From the human T2T-CHM13v2.0 reference genome, Homo sapiens, in assembly GCF_009914755.1 (NCBI RefSeq), contig NC_060933.1: a stretch of 64,000 bases of DNA. One strand, given 5' to 3'. The position numbers and the translations under genes were made by a program. Positions 13,371-38,991 of the stretch are shown here, piece by piece. Below the pieces are notes generated by a model. The model did no database searches, was not told where the DNA came from, and was given only the letters and a program-made list of their open reading frames with translations. Position 1 is the stretch's first letter, and every line of letters starts with the position of its first letter.

Positions 13371-15859
13371 ACACCTACACACAAACACTCACACCTACAC
13401 ACACAAGCACACACATACACACACAAAATGGAGCGCATATGTATACATGTACATATATATGATAAATTCTGATGTCTTGAGTCCCTCTTTATAAACTACC
13501 ACATTGATTCAATAAAATATGAGCAACTGAATGGTTTGTTTCAGTAAATGGAAAGGCCAGAACACGATGTCCAAAACAATGTTTATGTTTGAATATGATT
13601 ATAGAAAATCATGATTTCTTCATAATAATAATTCCAAGAGTATGTCTTGTGGAGACACAAGTATGTTTTTCATAGTCACTATTATTTATCAAATGTCACC
13701 TGAATTTAATTAATTTTTGTATTCAGAATAAAATCCCAGAGTTTAGAAAAAACATGCAATGATTTCTGTGTAGCTTTATGAGAAAATAATTGGTCATAAT
13801 TTATCATTAATTCCATATGCCATTATCTTTCTCATGAGGCTCTAAAAAAATATCAGCAACTGCAGCTAATTTTGAGGACCTGCATTTTAGCCATAACGTC
13901 TAGATGCTTTAGCATTAGTAATATTCTGGAAAGTTGCAATGAGTTCACAGGGTTTATCAGAATGAAATTAGTCAAGAAAATGAGAAAAATGACTGGGATT
14001 TCAATTTGCATAGCCTAATACCTTGAACTAAGACAAAATGAAGAAAGTGAGAAAAAGAGGGGTGTCCAGGTGATAAAATAGAATCAAAATGAGGGCATGT
14101 TTTTCTGATCATGAAGTTTTACCTGAAATATCTTGAGTGAAAGCTTCATATGACTGAATGTACTTTTAATGTCATCTTCCTGATCTATAGACTTTTGAAG
14201 GAATATCTCTACTGGAAGTTGTCTGCTTCTGGAGGCTTTTTAATAGGCCTCTAGGTCAGATTTAACATGGGTCTGGATGTCCAGATTATAGGACCCTAAA
14301 CACTTTTATCCTTAGAATCATGTCTTCTCTAGTGTTTTTCATAGAGCTTAAACAGATTCTTTGTGATTAAAAAATTAATCAAAATGGCTTTTTGTAGCAT
14401 AGTTCTAATGCTAAGTGTGTTTCTTCCAATAAACTCATTCTCTTGGAGGGATACGTCCAATCATATCCCTCTTGGAAATACATTTTGTATTAATTGTGCA
14501 CATGACTCTGCACATATATTAATTTTGTAAATACTTGACAGGATACAAATTCAATGATATGGAATCTGTCAGAGCAGGATTCAAGCCAAGAGTCACGTAC
14601 CTTCTTGTAACATTTAGAAAATGAGAGTTTATGAGCATTTTGGGACAAGATCACATTAACATTTTATCTAGGAGTAAAACTTTAGCTCAAACAAAAGCTT
14701 TAATTAAAATGAAAAGTTTCTTCTTTGGTAAATGACTTTTAAAACTTTACACTTTGGTAACTGATCTTTGGTTATGCTAAGTACAAATAAGTTATTTCCA
14801 AGAAATTTTCTTTGAGATTTTCTTGAAATTTGAAAAAGTATTTTGGATTAATAAAATCAGTTTGAGCAATTGGTTTTACCAGTTGGTGGAAAAACCAATA
14901 AGGGCTTCTACTTTTATACAGTAGTCATCTAGAAAGTTCTCTGTGGTTTTTAATATATCAACTAAATTATAGCCTATCATTTTAATAACCAAGATTCATT
15001 TTGAATATTGTGTTGCCCTCAAAGTCATTAATCATTTTCAGTGTTTGATTGAAGTACCCAGCGAAATTAGAGAACTCCTTTGTTATCATAGCTTGTTAGA
15101 TTCATAAAAAGTCTCAGAGGAATATCTACTCTACTTGTGGTAGCTAAGCCTTAAAGCTATAGCAGGGTTGTATGCTTACACTAGACCTATCAGTTTAACC
15201 ATTTGAGAAGAACTAAGCATTGGTAAAATGGCAGATTCTATAATAGATATCCAAAAATTATAGCCTATACTGTAAAATATATACCTGGATCACATTAATA
15301 TTACATCAAGGTTCTGTAGAGGAACATTAGTCCCAAAAGTGCATGATTAAAGTTTCAATAGTTGGTAGACACAAATAATAGTCACCTATATTAACAAGGA
15401 AATGTAGTGTCTGAGATTTTACCCCATTTATAAGCTAATAAGTTAGTCTGTTACTGTTTCATGAATAGGGGGAAGACACAACAGTCCTGGATCAGAGACA
15501 AACATTTCATTACTCACGGCATTGCTAGCATTAGTGTCATGTTGTATCAGTCAACTTTGTCCCCCAAATCTCACAAGGATAAAGCAGAGGAATCCAAGTC
15601 AATGGTGAACATGCTATAATAAATTTGTATTGCAGCAAAGAAACACTGAGCTTGGGGGATGTACTGCTTTTACATTAAGCAGTAGACAAGTCTGCTTAAC
15701 GTTCCAAAGGGAAACATTTTTTCACCTCTCAAGGTTGCTGCTAGAAATACAACCTAGAGAAATGGTATGGAAAAAGAGCATTCAGAACCTCACATTTAAA
15801 TTTTTTTCCCTTTTGGCACAGGTATTTATTCTTATTTGTCTACATCTACATATCAAATT

Positions 15860-16570
15860 TTCTACTGTGATAAATAAACATAACATGAAATGTTACCATT
15901 TTAATGACTTTAAGTGTATAATTCAGTGGCAAGCACACTTGCATTGTTGTGCCATCATCACCACTATCCATCTCCAGAATTTTTTTCATCTTGCAGAACT
16001 GAAACTCTGTACCCATTAACACTAATTATCAATTCCTTACTCCCCCCAGCCCCAGGCAATGACCATTTTACTTTCTGTTTCTATGAATTTGATTACTCTG
16101 AGTACTTCATGTCAGTAGAATCATAAAATATACCTCCATTTGTGTCTACCTTATTTTACTTAGTGTAAGGTCTTTCAAATTTATCTATATTGTAGCATGT
16201 GGCAGAATTTCCTTTCTTTTTAAGGGTGAATTATATTTTATTCTATGTCTATGCCGCATTTTATCTCTTTATCTGCCAATGGATATTTGGGTTGTTTCTA
16301 CTTTTGGCTACTGTGAATAATGCTAATATGGATGTTGATGTACAAATATCTGTTTGAGTCCTTGCTTGCAATTAATTTTGGAGGAATCGCTGGGTCATAT
16401 GATAATTCTGTGTTTGATTCCTTGGGAAATCACCATACTCTGGTCCACAGCAACTCTATCATTTTGCATTCCCACCAGTAATCATAAAGGCCCTAGTTTC
16501 TCTACCTCTTCATCAGCATTCATTATTTTCTGTTCATTTGATATTAATTATCCTAATAGGTGTGAAGTAA
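15860..16570 (-). mobile_element. L1MB-like 3' fragment
   Basis: taagtgtataattcagtggc..ccatctccagaa..aactgaaactctgtacccattaa. Confidence 0.8.
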
Positions 16571-16999
16571 GGAGACTTGCATTCTTGACATACCCAGCAA
16601 GAACCTTCAGAACTACGCAAGGCTCATGGTAGACTGCTTCCCTCAATCAGTAGCTAGATTTAGTTAATAGCAGAGTTTAAAGGTTTTCTGGGGAAGTAGC
16701 CAACAAAAGATTATATAAGCAATGATGTTGTTTTCCTAGAAGTGCCATGTGTTGTTCTATACTAATGACACTCTTGTCAAAGACCCTATACAGAGTGAGC
16801 TGAGGGAAGTCTGCTAAGACTTTATCAGCTGGGCTACCACTATACCTAAACAAAGTGAATAAACCTTAGTCACAAGGTCAAGAGAAATGTTAATGTAGGC
16901 AATGAGCTTGTGATCAATTTTTAAACCATAAAGCAAAATGTTATCTCTATGCACAAATAATGGAGAAGGTTTATTTTCATTAGAAATGCCAGCCAATGT

Positions 17000-22707
<5,708 letters not shown>

Positions 22708-22994
22708 GGAGTGCCTAACTTGGGGGTTGTTGTAATGTTCGCTTAACAAACACACAGTCTTTTGGGCATCTAAATCACAGCACAGAGGCTCTGGGGCATG
22801 GGATCTAGTGACCTCATACAGTGGTTGAGATAATCAGAATATAGACAGTATCAAACATATCTAATTACTTTACAAATTTCTTCTTGAATAATGTGAGTAG
22901 AGCGTTATCCAGTAGCTATCTGAGAAACCCCAAAGACCTTTAGATACGAACAACATTTAACAGCTTTATTCCCATAAATTCATAACTTAAATTT

Positions 22995-23097
22995 ATAAAA
23001 CAAAAACAACAACAAAAAAAAGAAGAATGGGAGACAGGAAGAAAAAGAAGAGAAGAGAAAAGAAGAAAAGAAAACAAAAGAAAAGGAAAAAGGAAGA
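22995..23097. repeat. A/GA-rich low-complexity tract
   Basis: (gaaaa)n-like run. Confidence 0.7.
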
Positions 23098-24942
23098 CCC
23101 AGAATTTTAGAGAAAACTAGGAATTACAGCAAAAGTTAGACATTAGTTTTGGATACCTATTATAGGTGATGATACTTTAAACAAAAAAAGCAAGAGGAAG
23201 TCTTAGAAGTGAGAAACCTTTGCCATAAATGATTGAAGATCCTGACCAAAACACACAACTTATATTTGAAGACCAAAATTTTGAAATGATTTTTATAAGC
23301 TGTTAATCTTGATATAATTATATATATACATATACATGTGTGTGTGTGTATGTTAAACATACTCAAATAGGTGATAAATTTAAACTTTTTAACTCTAATT
23401 TTGAAATAATTACCTTTACTAACATATTAAATAATGGATAAATATATTATCTTTAACTTACCAACTTAATAACCTGCACACTTTTTAAATCAGACAACAT
23501 ATATTCATTATCAAGTGTACATATTCTCTTTTCCCTGTACATATTCCTCTTGAGGGATGATATATCCGAAATAGTGCCTCACTGTGGAAATAGTTTCTGC
23601 CTTCTGAAACACAACTTGAGGATATAACAGAATTTCCAGCAGGGAGGTATAGTTTGAAAAGATTCCAGAAACGATTCTGATACCACACTCACTGTTGCGA
23701 ATCAATGACAATATGTCACTTCCATTTGAGAAATTAAATAGTAAATGATGTTTATTACTCCCTAGATTTTAATGTAAAGTTTAATAGTTCAGTTTAGTTT
23801 TATACATATTTTGTCCTAAGCAGTTTACAGATCAATATTTTTAAAAGTTTCTACTTTTTATTAATTTCATTAAAGTCCTTTTGATAAAGTTAGACTTCCT
23901 GGAACCCTTATGTTTGGCAATGAATTTCCAGATTGATTCAGGTTTATAAGGACAAATACACGTGACACTACAGAAGTGTGAGGGAGTAGGACTTACATGC
24001 CTTTTCTAGGGCCTCAGTTGATCAGAAGTGGACAGCAGCTGTTCCATCAAAAACTCAAACGGGGTTGTGGGGATTTGCAACCTCAACCTCTTTCCCAGAG
24101 CATATTAGGAGGACACAGATAAAAGGATTCAATAAACGCATTGGCAAATTAAAATGTGAAAAGTCACCACTGTGGGGTATTATTTGCTATGTAGCTAATC
24201 CCTCTGGGGACTCTCTGAGACAGCCCATGGAACGTGTCTCAGAATCTTCCTGTCCACTGATTGCTATCCTGCATTTGTTGGATGTAACCTCCAGGGACAT
24301 TGTCCCCTCTTCCTGCCACACACATGTAATTCTGGGTTGTTTTTGCATGTGTCCAATCTTCTATGCAAAACTCTTCCCTGGGAAGAGTGACAAGGCAGAC
24401 TCTTGAGATGGAAATCTGTCAACCTTACTAGAACTTTCTGTTGAACTCAGGAACACTGGGGAACACTGAGGCATCAATATCATATGCTTTGACATAGTTT
24501 TAATACTCTTTCCATTTTAGGTTTTTTTTTTGTCTTAAATCTGAATGCAGTCATGTTCTTCAAGTTTTATCCTATAGAAAGAACTGCCTTCCTATGAAAC
24601 CACAGGGATTAAAGACATAAAGCTGCAGATTTCATTGCGGTAGAAAACCCTACTTTCCTGCCTGTTGGCAGAACACTTATTAGGAGTTTGCAGAAGCAAA
24701 GTGCAATTATTCTCCATGATGCCAGGACCTACATTATTCATTAACGTAGAACAAAACTCAGATATATTATTAAGTGTCCCAGATTATTCATTTGTGAGCA
24801 GACTACCAATTGTCTTTCCAAATGAATTTTCTTTGTTCTCAGTACTTTTGATCATATTCAAAATCTCAAAGCTTTTAAAATTTTCAAAATGGGCTCTCAA
24901 AATAGAAAATGTGATCTAGTGAAGCTGACTGTACTTACAGTT

Positions 24943-25656
<714 letters not shown>

Positions 25657-27211
25657 CTGTTATTATTGGTAGTTACTGATAGTTATCTACTTGCATGTCC
25701 AAAGGAAACAACGCAGCTACCAATTTTTTGGTGATATTCTTCAAATGCTAGCAGGAGACTTGATTGATTCTGGAATGTGTAATGAGCTTGACAGAGGTAC
25801 CACTAAGAATCCTTTTATCTGTTTACAATTCACAATCCTGCGACGCCACTTGCAGAGAAAAATGCTGATCAGGGTTTCCTGGATGAGATGTTGCTTCTCA
25901 GGGTAGCCATATCATCACACTATTAGAGACTACAGACCCCTAGAACTTGGCCTTTTGATATATAGGACCAGGAGAAGGGGTTGAAGTACATGAAGGTTTT
26001 CTAAGAGCATAGGATCAATGGGTCAATTTTCATTTGAAAAGGGCTGAGAGGTCAGCTTGTAGAAAATAAAGACCAAGAGGGAGAAGCAGCAAAGAGCTAC
26101 ATATTAGTAGGAGGTCAGCTTAATAGCTAAGAGGGAGCAACCTCAGGGCCTTATGGCAATTAAAGATATTGAATATCAAGAAATTAGAAGGATTTAAAGA
26201 ATTATGACTGAGAGTCTTCTATTGTATTCACTTTGACAGAGTTCATAATTCTTATGGACTTTTTACTTGCCTTTGTTGGCTGGGTTTCATTTTTTAAAAT
26301 TGCAGTTCTACAGAGATACTTAGCCATGAGGCAAGACAATTATATTTGTGCTACTCAATTAAATTGTGTTACATCTTAATGTCAGAGTCTATTCTCTATA
26401 AATTCTACCAGTAATTTTAGATTTTATGGTCTGCTTCCTAGCATTAGGATGAACCCCTATGGCAACCCTATTCTTATCCATTGGTGCAAAATGATAACTT
26501 AATTGTATAATATATCAAAAAAGTGTTTTGTAGTATTTCACTAGTTCTTTGCTTTTGTCTCATAATTGGCTAATTGAAATTGGGATTAAATAACTTTAAT
26601 TTTCACATGGCTACAGTTGTAAACAGAGTCATTTTTTCCCATAATACATCAACATTTGGCAAATAATTTCATCTCCTGGGTCTTATGCCAGAATTTTCAG
26701 AACATCCTTAAAAACTGTGAATGAAATGACTTGGCAATTGAATGCTGAATGAAAAAGAAATACTTAAAACAATTTAGTCTACTTTTAATCATTTTCATTA
26801 AAAAAACTTTGTTAATCATAAAGTAAGTTTCCCAGTTTATGCTATTAATTCTCCATTGTTTTCAGATAAAGCACTTGTAAACTGTTGAACATTTTTATGA
26901 AGTGTTATATCACAAATTGGGGCTATTGCATAAATGTTATGTTATTCTAGCCCACCTAAAATATAACTTCTTTCTGCACTCTACTCTTCTTCAAGTTGTC
27001 TTATAATATCCAAAATTTGCACCATCATTTTTTCACTCAGGAAAATACTTTTGGACAATTAAATTATATGTATTTAATACAGCATTAAATGATTTATGAT
27101 ATTTCTTAATATCTGAATATTTTTGCTTAACCACTGAGCTTATTTGGCATAAATTATGTCAAGCATTAAGAAAATAATAAGTTATCCTATAGAGAAATTT
27201 AATGTGTTTAG

Positions 27212-27515
<304 letters not shown>

Positions 27516-27609
27516 GTATTTAGAATTATTTTTGTGGAATAATACTCTATAGATTCCCTTGGCTGTCATTATCCCAATAACCAAAAATAATATCTCTATC
27601 ACAGGCAAT

Positions 27610-28330
27610 AGTGCATATTGGCTAAGAGATTGGGCGCTGGAGTCAGACAAGAGCCAGACTGCCTGAGTTCAAATTCCAGCTCAGTCATTTATTAAGTGAA
27701 TGTGTAACCACACAAAACCAGTCTGGTTCTTCAACTTTTATGTAAAAAAGTTATGAATAGTTTTTCAGTTGCCATGGACTCCCAGGCTGAAGTTCCCATA
27801 ACCTGAACATGCCCAAATGAACCAAACTTGCAATGATGGGCGGGACTTAAGTGCTCAGCCCAAGAAGTGGGACTGGATTAAAAAGGGGACACTGCATGGC
27901 AAGATCCAGGATCCAATCAAATGGAGCCCTTGTGGTACCCCATGGCAGGATTCAGTCAGATCATGCCTCCCAGCATCATCTCATCACAAGACCCAATCAG
28001 ATAACACTTCATTACCCTATTCCTATAAAACCCAACTCAGCCCCCAGCTCAGGGAGACAGATTTGAGCATTTTCTCCTGTCTCTTGACAGTCAACCAGCA
28101 ATACAGCTTCTCTTTTCTCAAGCCTGTGCCATGGTATTGGCCTCTATGCACATCGGGTAGCAAGCCCATTGATTGTTTGATTACAAATGACCCTAGGGAA
28201 GTTATTTAAACTAATTCTGCTTCAGTCTGTTCATTTATAAAATGGGAATATTAGGAACTCACTTCACAAAGTTGCTGTGAGGATTTACTGACTTAATCTA
28301 TACAAATCATTTAAGACAATTCCTGAGATT
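27610..28330 (+). mobile_element. MIR split by an LTR
   Basis: ctggagtcagac..cctgagttcaaattccagctc on the left, and tgacc.tagg.aagttattta..aaaatggg on the right. Confidence 0.75.
27703..28185 (+). mobile_element. Solo LTR (MER72/LTR47-like) nested in the MIR
   Basis: TGTAACC...TTACA, TATA-like tataaaa and a 4-bp TSD aatg. Subfamily tentative. Confidence 0.75.
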
Positions 28331-28902
28331 TTATGATTACCATATAAATATATCCAAAGACTATTATTTCCAATTATATTTGTTCCAAAGGGTAGATTTC
28401 TTCCTCTTATCTTCCACATTTCTATTAGATATTTGCCAAAAATGGAGACATATTAATGTTTTATTAATGCATGCATTTATCTATTTACTGAATGCTATTT
28501 AAATGTGGTACACCACTGTCTAGATGTTAGCAATTTAGAGAAAGTAAAATCCAGTCCCTTTCCACAAGGGGACTATCATAATGGGTATAATTTGAAGACA
28601 AGGAGGAGCCTAGTCGAAGATGGCAAATCAGAAAACTTTACTTTGGTGGTAGCAGAATTTAAAACATCCTTCATCTTAGTTGAGATGATAAATTATTAGT
28701 CTCAGCTCTTCTTTAAAATAACTATATATAATTAATAATAAGCTGAAATTAGCAGTTATATTTCAAATATTCCATATACCTTCATTTATACGAATTTCAC
28801 CTCAAAACTGGGGTTTGGTGTTATTATTTTAGATTGCAAATGGCATTAAGAATCCAATGCTGTGTTAAGTATAGCATCTGCCAGATAAAAATATTAGGAC
28901 AA

Positions 28903-29219
<317 letters not shown>

Positions 29220-30396
29220 TCATTAGTCTTAAGAACTAATTCAGAATATTTATTATATATTCTACAGACTATGGACCTATTTATTAATATATTTTTATAA
29301 TATAATGTAAAGTGTCCTACATAAAGCGCTCATTTTGACAAAGATATTTCTTTTCTCCACGTGTTCAATTTGCCAGACAAGCAACATACTGTGTAAGATG
29401 TAAGAAAAAGTCCCACATTTTCAAAATTATGGTAATTAAAAAAGTTATTGGATGAAAGAGTCTATCCTTTACCAAATAAAGGCAAAGACATGAAGTGTTT
29501 CTGTTAATTTCCCCATTGTCTAAATTTATAGTCTTTAATTCCTTATTTTAATAATATTATTTTATTTCTAAGTCATGTTGATTGAATAACATTCAGGTTT
29601 TAATGATTTCAATTATTTTAGAACTGACTACTCAAATATTTAAAATTAATTATTATGAATGATTAATACTAAGACTTTCAATAATCTGAATAATCACACA
29701 TAGAAGGTCATTAATTATAACACAAAGAAATGTACTTCTGAGCAATATCTAAAATATTGCCTAAGACTTTAAGTTTATTTTTATTATCTTATATAATTGA
29801 TGACAACTAGAATGATTTTTCTTTTTGGATTACTGGCAGGACATAGCTGTGTAGTGATCTCAGTAATGATTATATACAATAACCCTTAAAATTACCAAGC
29901 ACATATGTAGAACTTCTTACATATTTTAAATTACACCTACTTACTGGGAATGACATACTTTCACCAAATCTCATAATCATATGCTAAACAAATCTCAAAG
30001 GAAATTTGGAGGGCTTCTGATTCATTATCTCTTTCTGGGTTACATTCCTCCTAAATCATGTTATTTCCTTTATTCCTGTAAAATGAGTTAATGTAATAGT
30101 GAACAACAACTTCCTGGCCAGGTAATTCTTTCTTATGTTTAGTCCAAATTCCTCCCCATAAAACATATGTACGTCTAATTTTTCCTCTGTCCATGGAAAC
30201 TGAGAACAGTTGCCTAGAATAGACATTACTCTCACGAATAAGACACATTTTACTGCATGTTACAAGACATTTTTGAAAGTTTGAAATTATGAAGTCTCTA
30301 CTTAGGGCTTAAGTCATTAAGGGACACAAACACTAATAAAATTATTTTCCATAAACTCTTCTCATTTTCTATCATATGTTATTTAAAGTGTTATCC

Positions 30397-30436
30397 AAAA
30401 AAAAAAAAAAAAAAAAGAGAGAGAAGAAGAAGAAGC
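30397..30436. repeat. A20-(GA)n-(GAA)n compound repeat
   Basis: Direct reading. Confidence 0.75.
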
Positions 30437-31061
30437 CTAACAAACGCGCCAAAGTTAAATCAGTATCTTTGCCAATTTTCTAACTGTAGAAGTTTGGAGC
30501 CTTAGGCCAGTGCTGGACCTGGCTGCTGGGTCATCCACACGCACCTGGAAGGGAACAGGAATACACTCACAGGAATACACTCTGCAGTGCACACGAGCTC
30601 CGCTTTCCGACAGTTCACTGAAGACATGCACCCGTCACATCATCACATCAGTCATCAAATTGAGACAACCATGCTGATGAAAAAGAACAATGATCTGTAG
30701 GATGGTTTTATGAAAGAGCCAGATTTGGAAGGCTAACGAAAGGTGCCTCAAGACAGTGTCTCTTAAGCTGAGATCAGAAGGAAGAGGAGGCTTTAATTAG
30801 TATAAAAGAGGTGAATGGAGCAGGGTAGGATAGAGAGTTTTAAAGAGAAAAGTCAGCAGAGCCACGTCCTTATGGTGAGAGGGAGCGGGGAACAAGGAAG
30901 ACTTAAAACAAGGTACATAAAAGAACTAGAACAGGAGCACAGTCTTCTGTGTTCTTTGGCTTCATTGGCTAAGAATAGCTAAAGTGGTTACTCTGAGTTG
31001 GGGGATGTATAGATGCTCCTAATAGCCAAGAGTTTAATTGTACATTGGAAATCAGAAACTA

Positions 31062-31322
<261 letters not shown>

Positions 31323-32323
31323 TCAGATACCATATAAAAAAGCTGGGATTTTGCTAAATTCAAAAAGAAATTACATACACCCTATATTACAAATACTAAA
31401 AACTAGTCATCAGCTAGCCATCTATTGTTGCAACATGTCTTTGAATAATATATGTGTTTTCATTATATTTCTAAATTAGGCAATTTGTTTTGTTATTTCA
31501 AATCACTGGGTTTCGTGTTTCAATTGCTTAACTAATCAACCCAGAAGATCCATTGTGGAGTCCATTTTTCACAGCAAATCTAAATTCTTTTTCCACACAA
31601 CCATTCTTGTCCATCCTGATGCAATTCTTCTAGACATAATCACAGCGGAGAAGTGCAGAGCACACCCTGCCAAGGGGCATCTACTGAAGAGATACTGACA
31701 ATGGCAATTTAAAGATACTTGTTATTTCCAAAGTTGAGAGAAAGAGCCTTGTAAAAATGTGTATCTCTTTGCTGTAAGGATGCTTATTTAGAATTAACTA
31801 CAGTAGTTGTCTATTTATCCAGCATGTTGATTTCAAAGCCCAGTTCTTTTTATTGAACTACTTTGGAATTAAAAATTTTTATAATATTTACATATAGGAT
31901 TAGGTTTCTAAGCCAATTCCATCTAACTGCTAGTAAATTTATTTTGTATATAGCACAAAGAATTGAATTCAATCCCAAATTCTCTCCAGCATACTAACCA
32001 AATTTAAATAAACATATGTGATGAGCTAGCAATGGTATTTCTGAATTTTCATATTTTTATTTTCCTTGGCTTACATTTTCCATATATCAAAGTCTCTTTT
32101 GAAAATTAAACTATATAATATAACCTCAATTTTAAAACATCAATGATAAGCTGGATTTAATCAACTCAGAACCCAGTGAGGAAAAACATGTTTTACTTGC
32201 TTTTATTTTTAATCAAACAGAAGTTGTATTTTGTTGTCATTGCAACATATCAGCGAATAAGCAATCTTGGAGAGCTAGGAGCAAGTTTAAATGTGTACAT
32301 CTATGGGCAAAAGAACAGCTTAA

Positions 32324-33227
<904 letters not shown>

Positions 33228-33244
33228 GAAAAAGGCCTATTTTA

Positions 33245-33967
33245 TGTCTGTTATTTCCATCTTTATGTCCATGTGTATTCTTTGTTTAGGTCCCACTTGT
33301 AAGTGGGAACATGCAGTATTTAATTTTCTGAGTTACTTCACTTAGAATAATGGCTTTCAGCTCCATCCATGTTGCTGAAAAGGACATGATTTTATTCTTT
33401 TTATGGCTGCATAGTATTCCATAGTGTATATTTACCACAAGTTTTCTTTATCCAAGCAACACTTAGATTGATTCCATGACTTTGCTATTGTGAATAGTGC
33501 CGCAATAAACATACAAGTGTGGGCGTCTTTTTAATATAATGATTTCTTTTCCTTTGGGTAGATGCCCAGTAGTGGGACTGCTGGGTCGAATGGTAGTTCC
33601 ATTTTTAGTTCTTAGAGAAATCTCCATACTGTTTTCCTTAGAGTTTTTACTAATTTATAGTTCCACCAACAGTGTATAAGAGTTCCTTTGTCTCCACATC
33701 CTTGTCAACATCTGTTGTTTATGACTTTTTAGTAATAGCCATCTTGACTAGTGTAATATGATATCTCATTTTGGTTTTGATTTGCATTTCTCCGATGATT
33801 CGTGATACTGAGCATTTTTTTAATAAAGAACTCAAACAACTCAGTAAGAAAAAAATCCCATTAAAAACTGGGCAAAGGACATGAACAGATGTTTCTCAAA
33901 AGAAGACATATAAGCATAAAATAAAAAGAAGACATATAAGACATAAAATGCTTAACATCACTAACCA
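33245..33967 (-). mobile_element. L1 (L1PB/MA-like) 3' fragment with an inverted 5' segment
   Basis: Antisense L1 to about 33821, then sense L1 at about 33822-33967. Confidence 0.8.
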
Positions 33968-35266
33968 ATTTGGGTTTTGGTTAATTGGATTTAGTGAGGG
34001 TCTGAAGGTACAGGTAGACATGGAGAAATGTTGAATAATATCATTTAGTGCAAAAACTATTTGGAAAGAACATAAGAATTGATGAATTTTTTTGCAATAG
34101 ATCTGTCTAAATTCCTTGGAAAATTACAAGTGGTGAAGATTAATACATGTGCTATTATTGTTGTTTTTCATTAACTGTTTGCTATGGAATCATTGAAGAA
34201 AGTGATAGACATGTTAGAAAGACAGATTTCTTTAGAGTGGTATATACTCATATTTCTTTAGGGTGGGCAAATTAAAATCACTGATCTGATTGTGGCATAT
34301 ATAACTAAGGTCTTGCATCCTTTTGGACTGAAATATTCTCCTTCTAACTGAGAAGTATGTGAAGAGAGAAAGCATTCATTGCATATTCATCTGAGCAGCT
34401 TTCTAGAACTGATCCAGTCAGACTAGAAAAATTCTACCAAGCTCAAAAATCATCACACAAAAAACAACCACTTAGAGTCTCTGGAAACTGTCCTAACAGA
34501 AAATGTTTTTGAAATGGCATTATATTCTGTTGGACCTAATTAAATCCTTTTCTCTCTTCGCATAGTAAGGACCCATAGTCCCTCCCTGGTGACACTTCCT
34601 ACTTCAGCTTTCTTTCCCTTGTTCTCAGTTTTAGGTGCACCCTACCTCAAGTTCTTACTGCTTCTGCTCGTGGGACTATAACAAACACTACTTCTTTTAC
34701 CTCAGTAGGACATCACAGCCCATTGCTTCCATGCATCCCAGGAGCTGGGAGAGACTTGGGCCTCTTCTGTCTGCTATTTTTTTTTTAATACTGCTAATCT
34801 CAGGCTATGGTCTGAGAATCAAACAGCAAACATTTTTGCACTTCTATTTTCTAATAAACTATCTGGATTCCTCCTAAAAGTTGGAAGTGAGGTAGAGTTG
34901 ACATCTAATTTCACAGCCATGTTGATACAAATGAAGCAAATCTTTACAATATTTCAATATGTATAATTCCAAGGCACAATGAGCAAGGTATAGAGTATGT
35001 CCCCTGTGTCTAGCTGTTTCTCCAGGCTTCTCCAGAATGATGGATGAAAATGTAATTGGCAAGTCAAATGTCTACTGTGGAAGCCTACAGGAAAAGGGAT
35101 GTGAAATGCTTGACGTGATGAGGGATGCAGAGTGTTCAGCACTTATTTACTGAGCAGCTCATCACCTGATTGTATAGTATACAATATATGAGAATTTATA
35201 GAACAGTGAACGTATAAACACATAGAACAAATAAACATATACAACATATAAACACTGTTTTTAACA

Positions 35267-35272
35267 TTTATT
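35267..35272 (-). terminator. Candidate distal polyadenylation signal AATAAA
   Basis: tttatt on the + strand, followed on the - strand by GT/T-rich sequence (gtgtttatatgttgtatatgtttatttgtt). Confidence 0.45.
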
Positions 35273-35534
35273 ACATATATAGAACATATAAGAATTTATA
35301 GAGCAATGAAAATACCACATTTTGACATTTGTATTGTACTGTGAAAGATTTATATGTATTTGTATAAAAAATAAATAAAGGTGATAATCTCTTGTGATTT
35401 CCCCAAAATACAGCATCCTTTTCATCTTTTTCCATTATGTAAATATGGTATGATAGAAATATAATATGCTGTGAAGTGATAGACATCATGACATATCAAA
35501 ATGTATTATATATACACATATATATACATGTACA

Positions 35535-38236
<2,702 letters not shown>

Positions 38237-38658
38237 TGGTGTTGGATAGTTTTATGTTACTGGAAATACATGTGAACTTTGCTCAGAGATGCCAATTAGT
38301 TATTGGAAACGGTTTGATCTTTTTTTCCAAATCTTTGAAGATTTGTTTAGTGGGGCCGCCATAGTAATACGTGGTCTAGGACTTGCCAGGACTGAGGCAA
38401 GACCCCTATGAATAGTCTACCTAATACCCTATTAATTATGGGGATTTCTGGTATAGCCCATGGCAACCACCTCTATTCATGGTTGTATGTGAACATGCAC
38501 TCTCAGTGAGAGTGATATTGTCCCCAAAATGACAGAAATTAGATTTTTTTGGGGGGATGGGAGAAGTGAAGAGAAGAAAAATATTCTTTTTGTGTAAAGC
38601 CCAGATATACATATAGTACTAAAGAGATATGCAGTGCATGTGCGATATTAAAATTTCA

Positions 38659-38991
<333 letters not shown>

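Noticed and set aside
30555-30582. acaggaatacactc duplicated twice
   Set aside because: An ordinary short slippage duplication with no further structure.
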